Below are positions 1 to 9,766 of a stretch of 64,000 nt of DNA, in pieces. Source of the DNA: Chlamydiia bacterium (GTDB lineage: Bacteria; Chlamydiota; Chlamydiia; Chlamydiales; JAAKFQ01); contig JBDNIV010000040.1 in the NCBI GenBank assembly GCA_041688145.1, forward strand, positions 1,742-65,741, written 5' to 3'. Numbering within the stretch: the stretch's first letter is position 1; the number at the start of each line of letters is the position of its first letter. The notes under the pieces are model-generated. The model saw only the letters and a program-made list of their open reading frames with translations. It did no database searches and was not told where the DNA came from. The position numbers and the translations under genes were made by a program.

Positions 1-7
1 GTAGCCT

Positions 8-3000
8 ATGTTACAACAAGGTTTTTTCCGTATTACAAGCCCTTTTGCGAAAAGTGATAACCATTTAGCAGAAAATGATATGCAGGCGCTTTCAATTGAA
101 TGCGCCTTAGAAAAACTGCTTCCTGAGAACTTTTTTGAAGACTTAGATAAAACACAAAACGATTATCTTAAAGAAGAGAGGCGCGCACTTTTTGAAAGTC
201 TTTTGCCTTTTGTCTCTTGGAGCACATGCACGAAAACACCATGCGCCTTATCTGTCTTTTTTATCTGCCACCCAACCTCTATTAAAACACTTGCTTTTGC
301 CAAGCATCTTTTATGCCATTCGCTTACGCCTGGAAAAGCCTTAAATATTCTTTCCCATAACGCTTTAGAGTTTATTGCCTCTGATCTTAGTGAAGATCGG
401 TATATCTACTGCGAGATCACTGTAGAAGTAGAATTTGCGCGTGATTTAGAAAAAATCCAAAGAAAATTACCTTTAATTGCTGCTGAAATCCGCCGCGGTA
501 TTACAAGTGCGAGCTGTGCCCAGCAATCTCTAGAAAAAAAAGAGGCTTTTTTACCTTGGAAAGTCGATCTGATCTACGATGACTTGTACCAAGTCCATGC
601 ACGCTTGCCCGCTATATTTACTGATGAGCTCTTCAAAACATTTCACCATTTTTTATTAGCTGTTCCCTCAGCTTTTAGATCTATTCGAAAAGCGCGTCAT
701 ATTAGCCGCACCTTGTGTTATCTTTTTTACAAGTGCCGCTCAATTCGTCAGATGGCTTCTCATCTCTCTTTTCCTAAACATGTGCAAGTCAAAATGTTCC
801 CAACAAAGTTGCACTTCCCTTTTGGTACGCGAAAAGTGACCGGGATTGTAATTGCCTTAAGTCTTCTCAAGGATCGCCAGTTTTTTGATGAAGCTCTTTT
901 GATGGATGCTATTCAATCCATTCTACCTACCGCAAGACTCGTTAAAAATTCATATTTCATGATTGACTCTGTACGCTCTATAGGTGTGTATATTGAAATT
1001 GAAAATACCGATGGCTCACCTATTTCCTATCAGATGCGCCTACGCTTAGAGCGGCTGCTTCCAAGTGAAATCCGAGGGCATATTGAAGAGCTTATACACC
1101 CTATATTCATGCCCAGAAATGATGAAGAGATTTACCAAAGTGTTATAAAACTTGGAGGTGCACTAACGGCTCCAACATCAAAAGCTCGTGTTCTTATAAC
1201 TTATGATCAGCAAGTAGATGACACCCTTGTTTTCAGCGTGGTGTGTGTGCGTCTTATACGCCTTGATGCGCCTCCTTTATCTGCTACGCTAACCCATTTA
1301 CAAAAGAACTTTTCAGCTTCATTTGACCAAGTAAAAGTCATTGGGAAGCTCGATAATACACTTGTAAAAGAAGCTAATATTTTCAGCCTAAAAGCTCCTA
1401 AGAAAAAATTCTTACGCAAAGATGGATTTATCGACCTGCACAAAGCTAAAAACACGCTTTTTCAAGAAATAAAAAAAGATCTTATCGATGGAGTCGATGT
1501 TCATGCAGAGCTCATGGAGAGCCAAGAGCACTTATTTGAATCACTAAAAATGGATATCCCGCATCTGAGTAAAAATCAGGAATACATTTTAGAAGGCCTT
1601 TTCTACTCGATGACCCCAATGAATGCTCTTTGTGAGCTCTCTATTGCCCCTATAAAAGAACTTTTCTTCCTTTTGTTAGAGGTTATTGACGGATCCTCTT
1701 CCCATAAACTAAATGACTGCCTCTTTATGGAGCACGATGAACAGTTTGAATATGCAGTGCTTCGCAGTGATGATGCTACTTTTAAAGACGAGATTGACCT
1801 GATGCTCAGCTCACTCAATATTGCAGCACACCACCTGATGAGCAGCTATGTCTGCATTCACGGCACCCACTTTTTTACCTATGTGTGCCGCTCAAGTGAC
1901 AGTAGCGCCAAGGGGTTTAGCCAAACAATGCAAGAGGCTGCTAAAAACTGGATAGGTAAGTCTCAAAAAAACCAGGTGCTTAATCTCCCTATGCCTGCAA
2001 CGTCTTCGATCGTGCCTGACCCTAAGATGGGCTATGACCACGAGTCAGGCATGATCATGCAGTTTTTGTTTGAAGGGCTGATGACAATTGATGATGAAGG
2101 CAATGTAGCCTATGCAAGTGCAGAAAAAGTAGAACTTTCTAAAGACCGTAAAACATACCGGTTCACTCTGAGAAAATCCCAATGGTCTAATGGACAACCC
2201 GTAATTGCCTACGATTTTGAATTTGCTTGGAAGCGGATGATTGATCCTAATTTTAACACTGTCTACTCCTACCTTTTTTTTATTCTTAAAAATGCAAAAA
2301 ATGCTCATGAGAAAAAATGTTCTTTAGACGACGTAGGTGTCCGTGCTGAAGATAATAAAACACTCGTTGTACAGCTTGAGCAGCCCTCACCTTACTTTTT
2401 AGAACTGACGGCTCAATGGCCTCTTTTCCCTGTAAGCAGCGGCACTATCCTTAATCCAGGATGGTCAAATGTCCCAAGAGAGCCTCACGCAGCTAATGGC
2501 CCCTTTAAGCTTGTGCGTTTTAAGCATGGTCAAGAGCTTAAACTTTCAAAAAACCCTTTTTACTGGGACAAATCTAAGGTCAAGCTTGACCATATTAATT
2601 TTGCGCTGACTAATAACATCCAAACTGAGATGCAGATGTTCGAAAATGGTGAGATTGATTGGGCGGGTTCTTTCCGCTTTCCCCTTCCTGTTGAGACGCA
2701 AAAAAGCTATGAAAAAAAAGGCGTTCTTTCTACCAGCCAAGCCGCTTCAACCTATAACTACTTTTTCAACGTCACAAGCTTTCCCTTTACCAATAAAAAG
2801 ATGCGTCAGGCCTTTGGGTATGCTATTAATCGAGAAGCACTGGTTTCTCAAGTTTTCTTAGGCAAAGAAATTCCGTCGACTACCATCTTCCCCCCTCAGC
2901 TTGCACTTACAAAAACGCCTTTATTTAAAGATGGTGACCTTGAATACGCGCGCACTCTTTTTAATGAAGCGCTCCATGAGCTTGGTATCGGCAAAAAGCA

Positions 3001-3490
3001 GTTGCCGACCATTATCATCTCTCATCTCAATATCGAAAGCCGCAAACAAATCGCTATGTGTATTCAGCAGCAGTGGATATCCGCTTTTGGGATTCGAATA
3101 GAACTAGAAGAGCTCGAATGGGAAGCGTATTTTAATAAAACAACGTACCACAACTTTCATATCTGCGGCTTCATGTGGTATATGTGTTACAATGACCCTG
3201 CTGAATTCTTAGAGTATTTTAAGTATAGCTCTAACCGTCTCAATTGCACTCACTGGGAGCACCCTGATTTTATTAAGCTTTTAGACTCTGCTAGTGGAGA
3301 GTATAACATTACTCAAAGGCGGAAAAAACTCGCTAAGGTAGAAAAGATCCTCATTGAAGAGATGCCGGTCATCCCCCTCTATGCTAATGTGAATACGTTT
3401 TTAAAGAAGGATTATGTAAAGGGTGTTACGATCTCCAATCTAGGTGATGTAAGCTTTAAAAGTGCTTATATTGATAAGAGTGGAACTTGA
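8..3490 (+). CDS. Large two-part protein: ~650-aa N-terminal region of unknown function fused to a family-5 (OppA/DppA-type) solute-binding domain
   Basis: Single 1160-codon ORF. The first ATG is at 8, preceded by an in-frame TAG at 2-4. From about nt 1970 the sequence reads like a family-5 SBP (FEGLMTIDDEGN, KTYRFTLRKSQWSNGQP, FEFAWKRMIDP) and is paralogous to the next gene. The N-terminal part has no signal peptide, lipobox or motif I recognise. Confidence 0.7.
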   Translation: MLQQGFFRITSPFAKSDNHLAENDMQALSIECALEKLLPENFFEDLDKTQNDYLKEERRALFESLLPFVSWSTCTKTPCALSVFFICHPTSIKTLAFAKHLLCHSLTPGKALNILSHNALEFIASDLSEDRYIYCEITVEVEFARDLEKIQRKLPLIAAEIRRGITSASCAQQSLEKKEAFLPWKVDLIYDDLYQVHARLPAIFTDELFKTFHHFLLAVPSAFRSIRKARHISRTLCYLFYKCRSIRQMASHLSFPKHVQVKMFPTKLHFPFGTRKVTGIVIALSLLKDRQFFDEALLMDAIQSILPTARLVKNSYFMIDSVRSIGVYIEIENTDGSPISYQMRLRLERLLPSEIRGHIEELIHPIFMPRNDEEIYQSVIKLGGALTAPTSKARVLITYDQQVDDTLVFSVVCVRLIRLDAPPLSATLTHLQKNFSASFDQVKVIGKLDNTLVKEANIFSLKAPKKKFLRKDGFIDLHKAKNTLFQEIKKDLIDGVDVHAELMESQEHLFESLKMDIPHLSKNQEYILEGLFYSMTPMNALCELSIAPIKELFFLLLEVIDGSSSHKLNDCLFMEHDEQFEYAVLRSDDATFKDEIDLMLSSLNIAAHHLMSSYVCIHGTHFFTYVCRSSDSSAKGFSQTMQEAAKNWIGKSQKNQVLNLPMPATSSIVPDPKMGYDHESGMIMQFLFEGLMTIDDEGNVAYASAEKVELSKDRKTYRFTLRKSQWSNGQPVIAYDFEFAWKRMIDPNFNTVYSYLFFILKNAKNAHEKKCSLDDVGVRAEDNKTLVVQLEQPSPYFLELTAQWPLFPVSSGTILNPGWSNVPREPHAANGPFKLVRFKHGQELKLSKNPFYWDKSKVKLDHINFALTNNIQTEMQMFENGEIDWAGSFRFPLPVETQKSYEKKGVLSTSQAASTYNYFFNVTSFPFTNKKMRQAFGYAINREALVSQVFLGKEIPSTTIFPPQLALTKTPLFKDGDLEYARTLFNEALHELGIGKKQLPTIIISHLNIESRKQIAMCIQQQWISAFGIRIELEELEWEAYFNKTTYHNFHICGFMWYMCYNDPAEFLEYFKYSSNRLNCTHWEHPDFIKLLDSASGEYNITQRRKKLAKVEKILIEEMPVIPLYANVNTFLKKDYVKGVTISNLGDVSFKSAYIDKSGT

Positions 3491-3603
3491 CCCAGCTCTT
3501 ATCTCACTACCTGAGTAGGCTTTAAAACTTACCTGTACAGAAAAAGATTGAATAGAGCTGCGCCTCTCCGTATGATGAGGGATAAAAAAAATGAGGGTAA
3601 CTT

Positions 3604-5211
3604 ATGAAAAAGTCTTTTTTTATTTCATATCCACGTCTGCTTGTCCTAGCCTTACTTGGCCTTTTTTTAACTTGCAGTACAGGGTGCTCCAAAAAACCTT
3701 CTAAACCTAAGCAAAGTCTTAGAATCAACTTTGGCAGAGATGCTTACACTCTAGATCCCAGAAAAGCTGAAGAAGAGGCTAGCCAAAACTTAGCCCTCAT
3801 GCTTTACGAAGGCCTAATGCGTGTGGGTAAAGAAGGTAAGTTGGAGTTTGCGCTTGCTAAGGGCTATACGCTCAGCTCTGATAAAAAGACCTATACGTTT
3901 TTCTTAAGAGATGCAAAATGGTCATCAGGCGAAGCTATTACAGCACATGACTTTGAATACAGCTGGAAAAAGATTTTATCTCCCGAATTTCAAACACCCG
4001 TGGCTTATGAGTTTTATATCTTAAAAAATGGGAAAGAGGCTGCAACTGGAAAAAAACCTTTGGAAAGTGTAGGAGTAAAAGCGCTTGATAATAAAACGCT
4101 TGAAGTCACCCTTGAATATCCAGCACCTTATTTTCCTGATATCACAGCAAGCAATCCCTACTACTACCCCGTTTGTTCAGGTATTGATGAACAAAACCCA
4201 GAAGCTTTTTCAGGTAAAGGGGGCTCTTTTAGTGGACCTTTTAAGCTCAAAAAATGGGAACGGGGCCACAAAATCATACTAGAAAAAAACCCCGCCTATT
4301 GGGACAAAGAGCATGTCCACTTAGAAGACATCCAAATCTCTTGTGTAGGAGACATGCGCACAGAACTCGCTCTATTTGAAGATAAACAACTTGACTGGGC
4401 AGGCCAGCCTATTTCTCTAGGTCTACCCATCGATGCGTTAGAATCCTTGCAAAAAGAAGGCAAATTAAAGACTGCAAGTCCCTCTAAGCTCTATTTGTAC
4501 TTTTTTAATGTGAATAAAGCGCCTTTTGATAATCAGAAGATGAGGTGCGCTTTTAGTTTAGCTATTAACCGCAAAGAGATTGTAAAACACGTAGCTCAAG
4601 GAGGCCAAGTCCCTGCTCAAGGCTTTGTGCCCCCTTTATTTGCAAAAAGTAGCGAGCTTTACTTCAAAGATGGTGATATCGAAATGGCACAAAAGCTTTT
4701 CAATGAAGCTTTAGAAGAAATGTCTCTTACTCGTGAGACATTGCCCCATGTCTGTATCAATGCTTACAGCTCTTCTGTGCAAGAAAAAGTAGCGCAAACA
4801 GTCGCTCGTCAGTGGGAAACGGCTTTTGACATTCCTGTCCGAATAGAAAATTCAGAGTGGTCAGTACATATTGACAAGCTCTACCACCTAGACTACCAAG
4901 TACTCTGTGTAAACTGGTTTCCCTCCTTAAGAGATCCTATGTGCTTTTTAGAGATCTTTTCACCTGAGCGCTCTAACTTTAACAGCTGGGATCATCCAGA
5001 CTACAAAAAACTGTTAGAAAAATCAAAGCATGCGCGCTCAACAAAAGCACGAAACACTCTTCTTATTGAAGCTGAAAAAATGCTTGTTGAAAACATGCCT
5101 GCAGCGCCCCTTTATTTTAATGGTGCAAACTACCTTATTGCTGACAATTTACGTGAAGTACGGGTTGGAGAATTCGGCACTGTCGACTTTAAGTATGCCT
5201 ATTTTGAATGA
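3604..5211 (+). CDS. oppA: Family-5 peptide/oligopeptide ABC-transporter substrate-binding lipoprotein (OppA-like)
   Basis: Lipoprotein signal MKKSFFISYPRLLVLALLGLFLTCSTGC. SBP-5 motifs are present (LYEGLMRVGKEGK, KTYTFFLRDAKWSSGE, FEYSWKKILSP). GAGGG Shine-Dalgarno sequence upstream. No permease or ATPase genes follow. Confidence 0.85.
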   Translation: MKKSFFISYPRLLVLALLGLFLTCSTGCSKKPSKPKQSLRINFGRDAYTLDPRKAEEEASQNLALMLYEGLMRVGKEGKLEFALAKGYTLSSDKKTYTFFLRDAKWSSGEAITAHDFEYSWKKILSPEFQTPVAYEFYILKNGKEAATGKKPLESVGVKALDNKTLEVTLEYPAPYFPDITASNPYYYPVCSGIDEQNPEAFSGKGGSFSGPFKLKKWERGHKIILEKNPAYWDKEHVHLEDIQISCVGDMRTELALFEDKQLDWAGQPISLGLPIDALESLQKEGKLKTASPSKLYLYFFNVNKAPFDNQKMRCAFSLAINRKEIVKHVAQGGQVPAQGFVPPLFAKSSELYFKDGDIEMAQKLFNEALEEMSLTRETLPHVCINAYSSSVQEKVAQTVARQWETAFDIPVRIENSEWSVHIDKLYHLDYQVLCVNWFPSLRDPMCFLEIFSPERSNFNSWDHPDYKKLLEKSKHARSTKARNTLLIEAEKMLVENMPAAPLYFNGANYLIADNLREVRVGEFGTVDFKYAYFE

Positions 5212-7064
5212 CGTTTAATCCCAAAGACCTCTCGAGTTTTTCTACGCAGCCTGGCGTCTATCTCATGTATGACATAGATAAATGTGTCCTATATGTAGGT
5301 AAGGCTAAAAATTTAAAAAGCCGCCTTAAGCAGTATTTTCAAAAAGGGGGCGATGGGCGGCAGATGATCCCCTACCTGACAGCGCAGGTAGAAACAATCC
5401 AAACTATTGTAGTAGACAGTGAGACTGAAGCGCTGATCTTAGAAAACAGCTTAATAAAAAAACATAGACCTAAATATAACGTTCTTTACAAAGATGATAA
5501 ATCGCACATCTGTTTACATGTAAATACAGACCATAAATGGCCTACACTTAAAGTGCTTAGGTCTCGTGATCCCTTTGGGAATAACCCCTCCACTTCTAAG
5601 ACAAGCTCCACAAAACGCTCTTCAAAAAAAGGGTTGCGTTTGGGTCCTTACCCAAATGCATTTGCAGCTCGAGGCCTAGCTGATCAGGTCTACCGTTTGT
5701 TTAGACTGAGGCAGTGCTCTGATAGAGAGCTTTCTATGAGAAAAAGGCCATGTATTTTATATGGGATGCATAGGTGCAGTGCGCCGTGTGTTGGAATGAT
5801 TTCTGAAAAGGACTATGCAGATGATGTAAAAAAAGCGCTTGAGTTTTTAAAAGGCAAGCGCTCCTCTGTAGCTCGTCATCTCAAGTGCGAAATACAAAAG
5901 GCTTCAGAATCTTTGGAATTCGAAAGAGCTGCTTATTTATTAAAGCAGCTAGAAGAGCTCAAAGTTTCTCCTGAAAAAAGCCGTGTAGCAAGTATTACCG
6001 ACATCGACCGAGATGCAATCGGTTTTTATAGATCTCGCGAAAAAGCTGTCCTTGTAAAGATGGCGTTTCGCTCAGGCATTCTTTTAAACATGCATGAATA
6101 TCTTTTAGATCCGTGCTTTGCATCTCCAAGTGAAGCTGCAGAAGCTTTTATTACACAGCACTATATGAGCTCTTTTGTTCCAGATGAGATTTTAGCTCCT
6201 TGTTTAGAATCTAAGCCAAAGACGATTGAGGCTTTTTTGAATCGAGAAAAAGGCGTTCATGTAAAAATTGAAGTGCCTAGCCGAGGAGAAAAGAAAAAGC
6301 TAATTGCTTTAGCAGAAAAAAATGCCCACGCTTTATTTGAGCAAAAAGAGCGTTTAGAGACGTCTATAGATGAAGCTTTGATAGAGCTTGGGGAAAAGCT
6401 CTTTTTAACAAACCCTCCACAGGTCATTGAATGCATTGACCAGTCTCACCTATCAGGCTCTGAAATGGTGTCAGGAGTTGTGCGATATGTGAAGGGAAAA
6501 AAAGAGAAAAAGGGATACCGCAGCTATAAAGTGCGCTTAGCTAAAAAAAGCGATGATTACGGCGCTTTAAAAGAGGCGCTTACGCGTCACTTAAAAAAGC
6601 TTACAGTAGACACTTTTCCTGACCTCATTGTCATAGATGGAGGAAGAGGACATCTCAATATAGCCTTAGAGGTTTTATCTGATTTAAATCTTTCAACGCT
6701 CAATGTGATTGGATGTGCTAAGGAAGACTCAAGGCATGACAAAGGGATGAGTAAAGAGGCGCTTTTTCACCCTGAGCATAAAGAACCTATTCACTTAGAT
6801 GAGAGATCAAATGCTCTACTTTTATTACAGCGCATCCGTGATGAGGCGCACCGTTATGCGATTACTTTTCAGAAAAAAAGGCGATCAAAAGCGCTTATTA
6901 AAAGTGCTCTAGACGAGGTGCCAGGCATTGGCACTAAGAAAAAAGCTGCTTTGATTAAGCATTTTGGAAGTGTAGCAGAGATTAAAAAAGCGTCTCAAAG
7001 TGCGCTTTTAGACGTGCCGGGGATCTCTAATTCTGATGTGGAAAAGCTTTTGGAATATTTGTAA
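5208..7064 (+). CDS. uvrC: Excinuclease ABC subunit C
   Basis: GIY-YIG N-terminus (GVYLMYD..VLYVGKAKNLKSRLKQYF), UvrBC-interaction region and C-terminal HhH (VPGIGTKKKAALIKHFGS). ATGA start/stop overlap with the upstream gene. Confidence 0.95.
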   Translation: MTFNPKDLSSFSTQPGVYLMYDIDKCVLYVGKAKNLKSRLKQYFQKGGDGRQMIPYLTAQVETIQTIVVDSETEALILENSLIKKHRPKYNVLYKDDKSHICLHVNTDHKWPTLKVLRSRDPFGNNPSTSKTSSTKRSSKKGLRLGPYPNAFAARGLADQVYRLFRLRQCSDRELSMRKRPCILYGMHRCSAPCVGMISEKDYADDVKKALEFLKGKRSSVARHLKCEIQKASESLEFERAAYLLKQLEELKVSPEKSRVASITDIDRDAIGFYRSREKAVLVKMAFRSGILLNMHEYLLDPCFASPSEAAEAFITQHYMSSFVPDEILAPCLESKPKTIEAFLNREKGVHVKIEVPSRGEKKKLIALAEKNAHALFEQKERLETSIDEALIELGEKLFLTNPPQVIECIDQSHLSGSEMVSGVVRYVKGKKEKKGYRSYKVRLAKKSDDYGALKEALTRHLKKLTVDTFPDLIVIDGGRGHLNIALEVLSDLNLSTLNVIGCAKEDSRHDKGMSKEALFHPEHKEPIHLDERSNALLLLQRIRDEAHRYAITFQKKRRSKALIKSALDEVPGIGTKKKAALIKHFGSVAEIKKASQSALLDVPGISNSDVEKLLEYL

Positions 7065-7114
7065 GCTTTGAAGGCAAATAACATCTCTAGCTGCGTTATC
7101 TATAGCCTAAAAAC

Positions 7115-8266
7115 TTACAAAGGCTCTGCTCCTCTTTCCAAAATATTGAGATATTTTCTATAAACGTAGACCTTATCTCTTTGCTTGCCACTGATTTCTT
7201 CCAAAATCCCAAGACCTATCATATGATTAAGAATGCCTCGGGCTGTTGGAAGTGAGACTGAAAGCTGCTTAGCGAGAAGCGACGCTGAAACCTGAGGCAA
7301 TCGCTTTAGATATTCTAAAGCTTGCTCGCACGAAAACCGCGCTCTTCCTAAAGTGCTTATTTTCGATTTATCTTCTGAAAAAACGCAATTTATATCTTGA
7401 GCCATTTTGATTGCTTCTTTGCTAGATACAAGAATGCCTTCTAAAAAAAACTCTAACCAAGTTTCCCATGTGCCATGAGTTCTTACTTCTTGAAGCAAAT
7501 TGTAATACGTATTTCGATTCTGCTTAAGATAAAGGCTTAAATATAAAATTGGCTCATCAATAAGCCCCCCCTCTACAAGAAGCAATGTGATTAAAAGACG
7601 TCCTAAGCGACCATTTCCATCCAAAAAAGGGTGTATAGTTTCAAATTGCGCATGAGCTATGCCTGCTTTAATAAGCACAGGCAGTGTTTTATCGTGCAAA
7701 AATTTTTCTAAATTAGAAAGGCAGTCTCCGAGCTTATCTACTGGTGGAGGTACAAATAGCGCATTACCTGGGCGAGTTCCTCCAATCCAATTTTGAGATA
7801 TTCTAAATTCCCCAGGCAGTTGACAAGAGCCCCGAGTGCCTGAAAGCAAAATAGCATGCATTCCTCTAAACAACTTAAGAGACAAAGGCAAATCATCACG
7901 AAGACGCTCTAAACCATAATAGATAGCTTTTACATAGTTAGAGACCTCTTCTACATCATGTAAAGAGACCTCAGGTTTTTCATGATTTTCAAATAGTATA
8001 AGGTCTGAAAGTGAGCTCTGAGTGCCTTCTATCTGGCTAGACAATAGAGCTTCTTTACGCACATGCATATATATGAATAGCGAGTTGTTTGGAATGGACT
8101 TAGACATATTATTAAGCTCAGCTAAGGCGCACGCTGCTTTTTCAAGCGGTCCAGATAATTTACCCAGCTCTATTGGAGGCAAAAGAGGTAATGAAGGAGG
8201 CACATAAGCCTTGAAAGACTCGCCCGCCTCACTTTTAGTACTATATGAACCCAATCGCTTATTCAT
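7115..8266 (-). CDS. Fic family protein (AMPylase-type) with N-terminal inhibitory helix and C-terminal wHTH-like region
   Basis: Fic core motif HPFLDGNGRLGRLL. Upstream inhibitory motif S-x-x-x-E-G (SSQIEGT). Length of 383 aa is typical of Fic_N + Fic + wHTH proteins. Confidence 0.9.
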   Translation of the reverse strand: MNKRLGSYSTKSEAGESFKAYVPPSLPLLPPIELGKLSGPLEKAACALAELNNMSKSIPNNSLFIYMHVRKEALLSSQIEGTQSSLSDLILFENHEKPEVSLHDVEEVSNYVKAIYYGLERLRDDLPLSLKLFRGMHAILLSGTRGSCQLPGEFRISQNWIGGTRPGNALFVPPPVDKLGDCLSNLEKFLHDKTLPVLIKAGIAHAQFETIHPFLDGNGRLGRLLITLLLVEGGLIDEPILYLSLYLKQNRNTYYNLLQEVRTHGTWETWLEFFLEGILVSSKEAIKMAQDINCVFSEDKSKISTLGRARFSCEQALEYLKRLPQVSASLLAKQLSVSLPTARGILNHMIGLGILEEISGKQRDKVYVYRKYLNILERGAEPL

Positions 8267-8338
8267 AGCCCTATCTCAACAACTTACTTTATAAAGAAAG
8301 TTTACCACTCTAACCTTTCTTAAGCAACCCCGTTAAGG

Positions 8339-8358
8339 AAGTTTAGGGCCCTAAACTT
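8339..8358. repeat. 20-bp perfect palindrome AAGTTTAGGG|CCCTAAACTT upstream of the fic gene
   Basis: Read directly from the sequence. It lies about 10 nt upstream of a candidate minus-strand promoter (TTGCTT-17-TAAACT) for fic. Confidence 0.7.
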
Positions 8359-8393
8359 TCATAGTGGAGATCGCTAAGAAAGGATATAGAGCT

Positions 8394-8421
8394 AAAAAAG
8401 CTCCGGTAAGGGAGCTTTTTT
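8394..8421. terminator. Rho-independent terminator hairpin (AAAAAGCTCC-GGTAAG-GGAGCTTTTT) downstream of the Asp23-family gene
   Basis: 10-bp stem flanked by an A-run and a T-run, so it could act in both directions. It lies 45 nt beyond the stop of the minus-strand gene 8466-8972. Confidence 0.6.
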
Positions 8422-8465
8422 ATTTAAATTGAATAAATCAAATCTATTGAACTTAAGGGCACTGT

Positions 8466-8972
8466 CTAGTCTTGAGCTAAGACAAGCTCTTCAGAAAATT
8501 CCTCTTCAGAATCTACAGCTGCTTCATTCGTTATTTTAGATGGAATATCATCCATTTCTATAGATATTCTCTCATGCCTTTCTATATCTTTTTGAGGAAT
8601 CACAAGATTTTTGAAGACCACATGTACACCTGAAACACTTAAGCCTGTCAGTGTTTTCATCTCTTCAGCAATTTTCTTTTGAATCTCTTTAGCTTTCTCA
8701 GGAAGAGTAACGCCGTAGTCAGCGTTAATTTCTACCTTTACATTTAGAGCATGGGTCTTGGCATCTTGCTGTATTGATATTCCTCGGATACGATCTGAGG
8801 ATGATCTGCCAAAAAGGTGATCTATAATGTTACCTTCAATAAGGCTTACGCCTTCTATTTTAGCTAAGCACTGAAGAGCAATCGATTGGAATACCTTATC
8901 TTCAATATCTTGCCCAAAAGCAATAGCAGACACTTCTTCAACAAACTCACTAATTTCTTTTTCATCTGACAT
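8466..8972 (-). CDS. Asp23/Gls24 family envelope stress protein
   Basis: Asp23-like pattern (IALQCLAKIEGV..., RGISIQQD...LNVKVEINADYGVTLPEKAKEIQKKIAEEMKTLTGLSVSGVHVVF) with an acidic C-terminal tail. GGAGG Shine-Dalgarno sequence upstream. Confidence 0.8.
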   Translation of the reverse strand: MSDEKEISEFVEEVSAIAFGQDIEDKVFQSIALQCLAKIEGVSLIEGNIIDHLFGRSSSDRIRGISIQQDAKTHALNVKVEINADYGVTLPEKAKEIQKKIAEEMKTLTGLSVSGVHVVFKNLVIPQKDIERHERISIEMDDIPSKITNEAAVDSEEEFSEELVLAQD

Positions 8973-9033
8973 ATTAAGGAGTCCTCCTTTTTGTCGTTTT
9001 CAAGTTTTCTCTAATCTCTCAAAGATACCCCAA

Positions 9034-9600
9034 ATGCCTCTTTTTTACCAGTCTGTCGAATTGAAATTGCTTTTTGGGAAATGCTTTGGCATAATGCAGT
9101 CTATGGACTCACTTAGCATATACTTCCTTATTTGGCTTATTATGGGCCTTGTTTGTGCCCGCGTTGCCCGCTCTAGAGGCAGAAGTATAGGTGTATGGTT
9201 CGTGCTAGGTGTACTCTTTAGTTTTATAGCTCTTTTAGCTCTATGGATTTTGCCTTCAAAAGCAAAAACGGGTGATCAAAGCCTATCCACTCATAAGCCT
9301 TCAGACACCCCCCACGCAGCTGCTGTAGCTATAACAGCATCTGGCAACTCAGATACGCTTTCTATTCGAAATGTTTCCTCTACTAAAAGCTCTTCAAATG
9401 CTAGCAGTACTTACTGGCACTATATCAATAGTAAAAAAGAGACCCTAGGGCCTCTTAGTTTCTCATCTCTTCAGGAAAAGTGGCATGCAGGTGAGATTTC
9501 GATCGCGACTTACGTCTGGAATGAATCTATGGAATCTTGGAAAAAGATTGAAGATCTGCCTGAAATATCTCCTTTTTTTGGTAAAGACTCTATTAGCTAA
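9034..9600 (+). CDS. Membrane protein with two adjacent TM helices and a C-terminal GYF_2 (DUF4339)-like domain
   Basis: TM pair LSIYFLIWLIMGLVCARVA / IGVWFVLGVLFSFIALLALWIL. C-terminal WHYINSKKETLGPLSFSSLQEKWHAGEISIATYVWNESMESWKKIEDLPEI resembles GYF_2. The start may instead be the ATG at 9094. Confidence 0.6.
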   Translation: MPLFYQSVELKLLFGKCFGIMQSMDSLSIYFLIWLIMGLVCARVARSRGRSIGVWFVLGVLFSFIALLALWILPSKAKTGDQSLSTHKPSDTPHAAAVAITASGNSDTLSIRNVSSTKSSSNASSTYWHYINSKKETLGPLSFSSLQEKWHAGEISIATYVWNESMESWKKIEDLPEISPFFGKDSIS

Positions 9601-9766
9601 TAGGTATCCCTACTTCCCTCATATTAAAAAACTTTATATCACTTAATATAAGTGACTTAAGACTTAATCTTTTCTTAATGCCAAGCAAACACTTAAATAA
9701 CAATTTTTGGGTAAAATGAAGTTATAATAAATTAATAATCAACAAAATTGCAGGGATAAAACAATC

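Noticed and set aside
1207-3101. Several 60-90-aa ORFs nested in, or antisense to, the 1160-aa gene (1207-1455, 1603-1818, 2045-2308, 2546-2740, 2646-2861, 2901-3101)
   Set aside because: All lie inside a long ORF whose C-terminal half has clear family similarity. They have no ribosome-binding sites and only low-complexity translations, so they are shadow ORFs. The same reasoning applies to similar nested ORFs throughout the track, for example 4085-4282, 11705-11950, 20044-20271, 26615-26905, 29419-29655, 39662-39994, 48053-48427 and 63405-63653.
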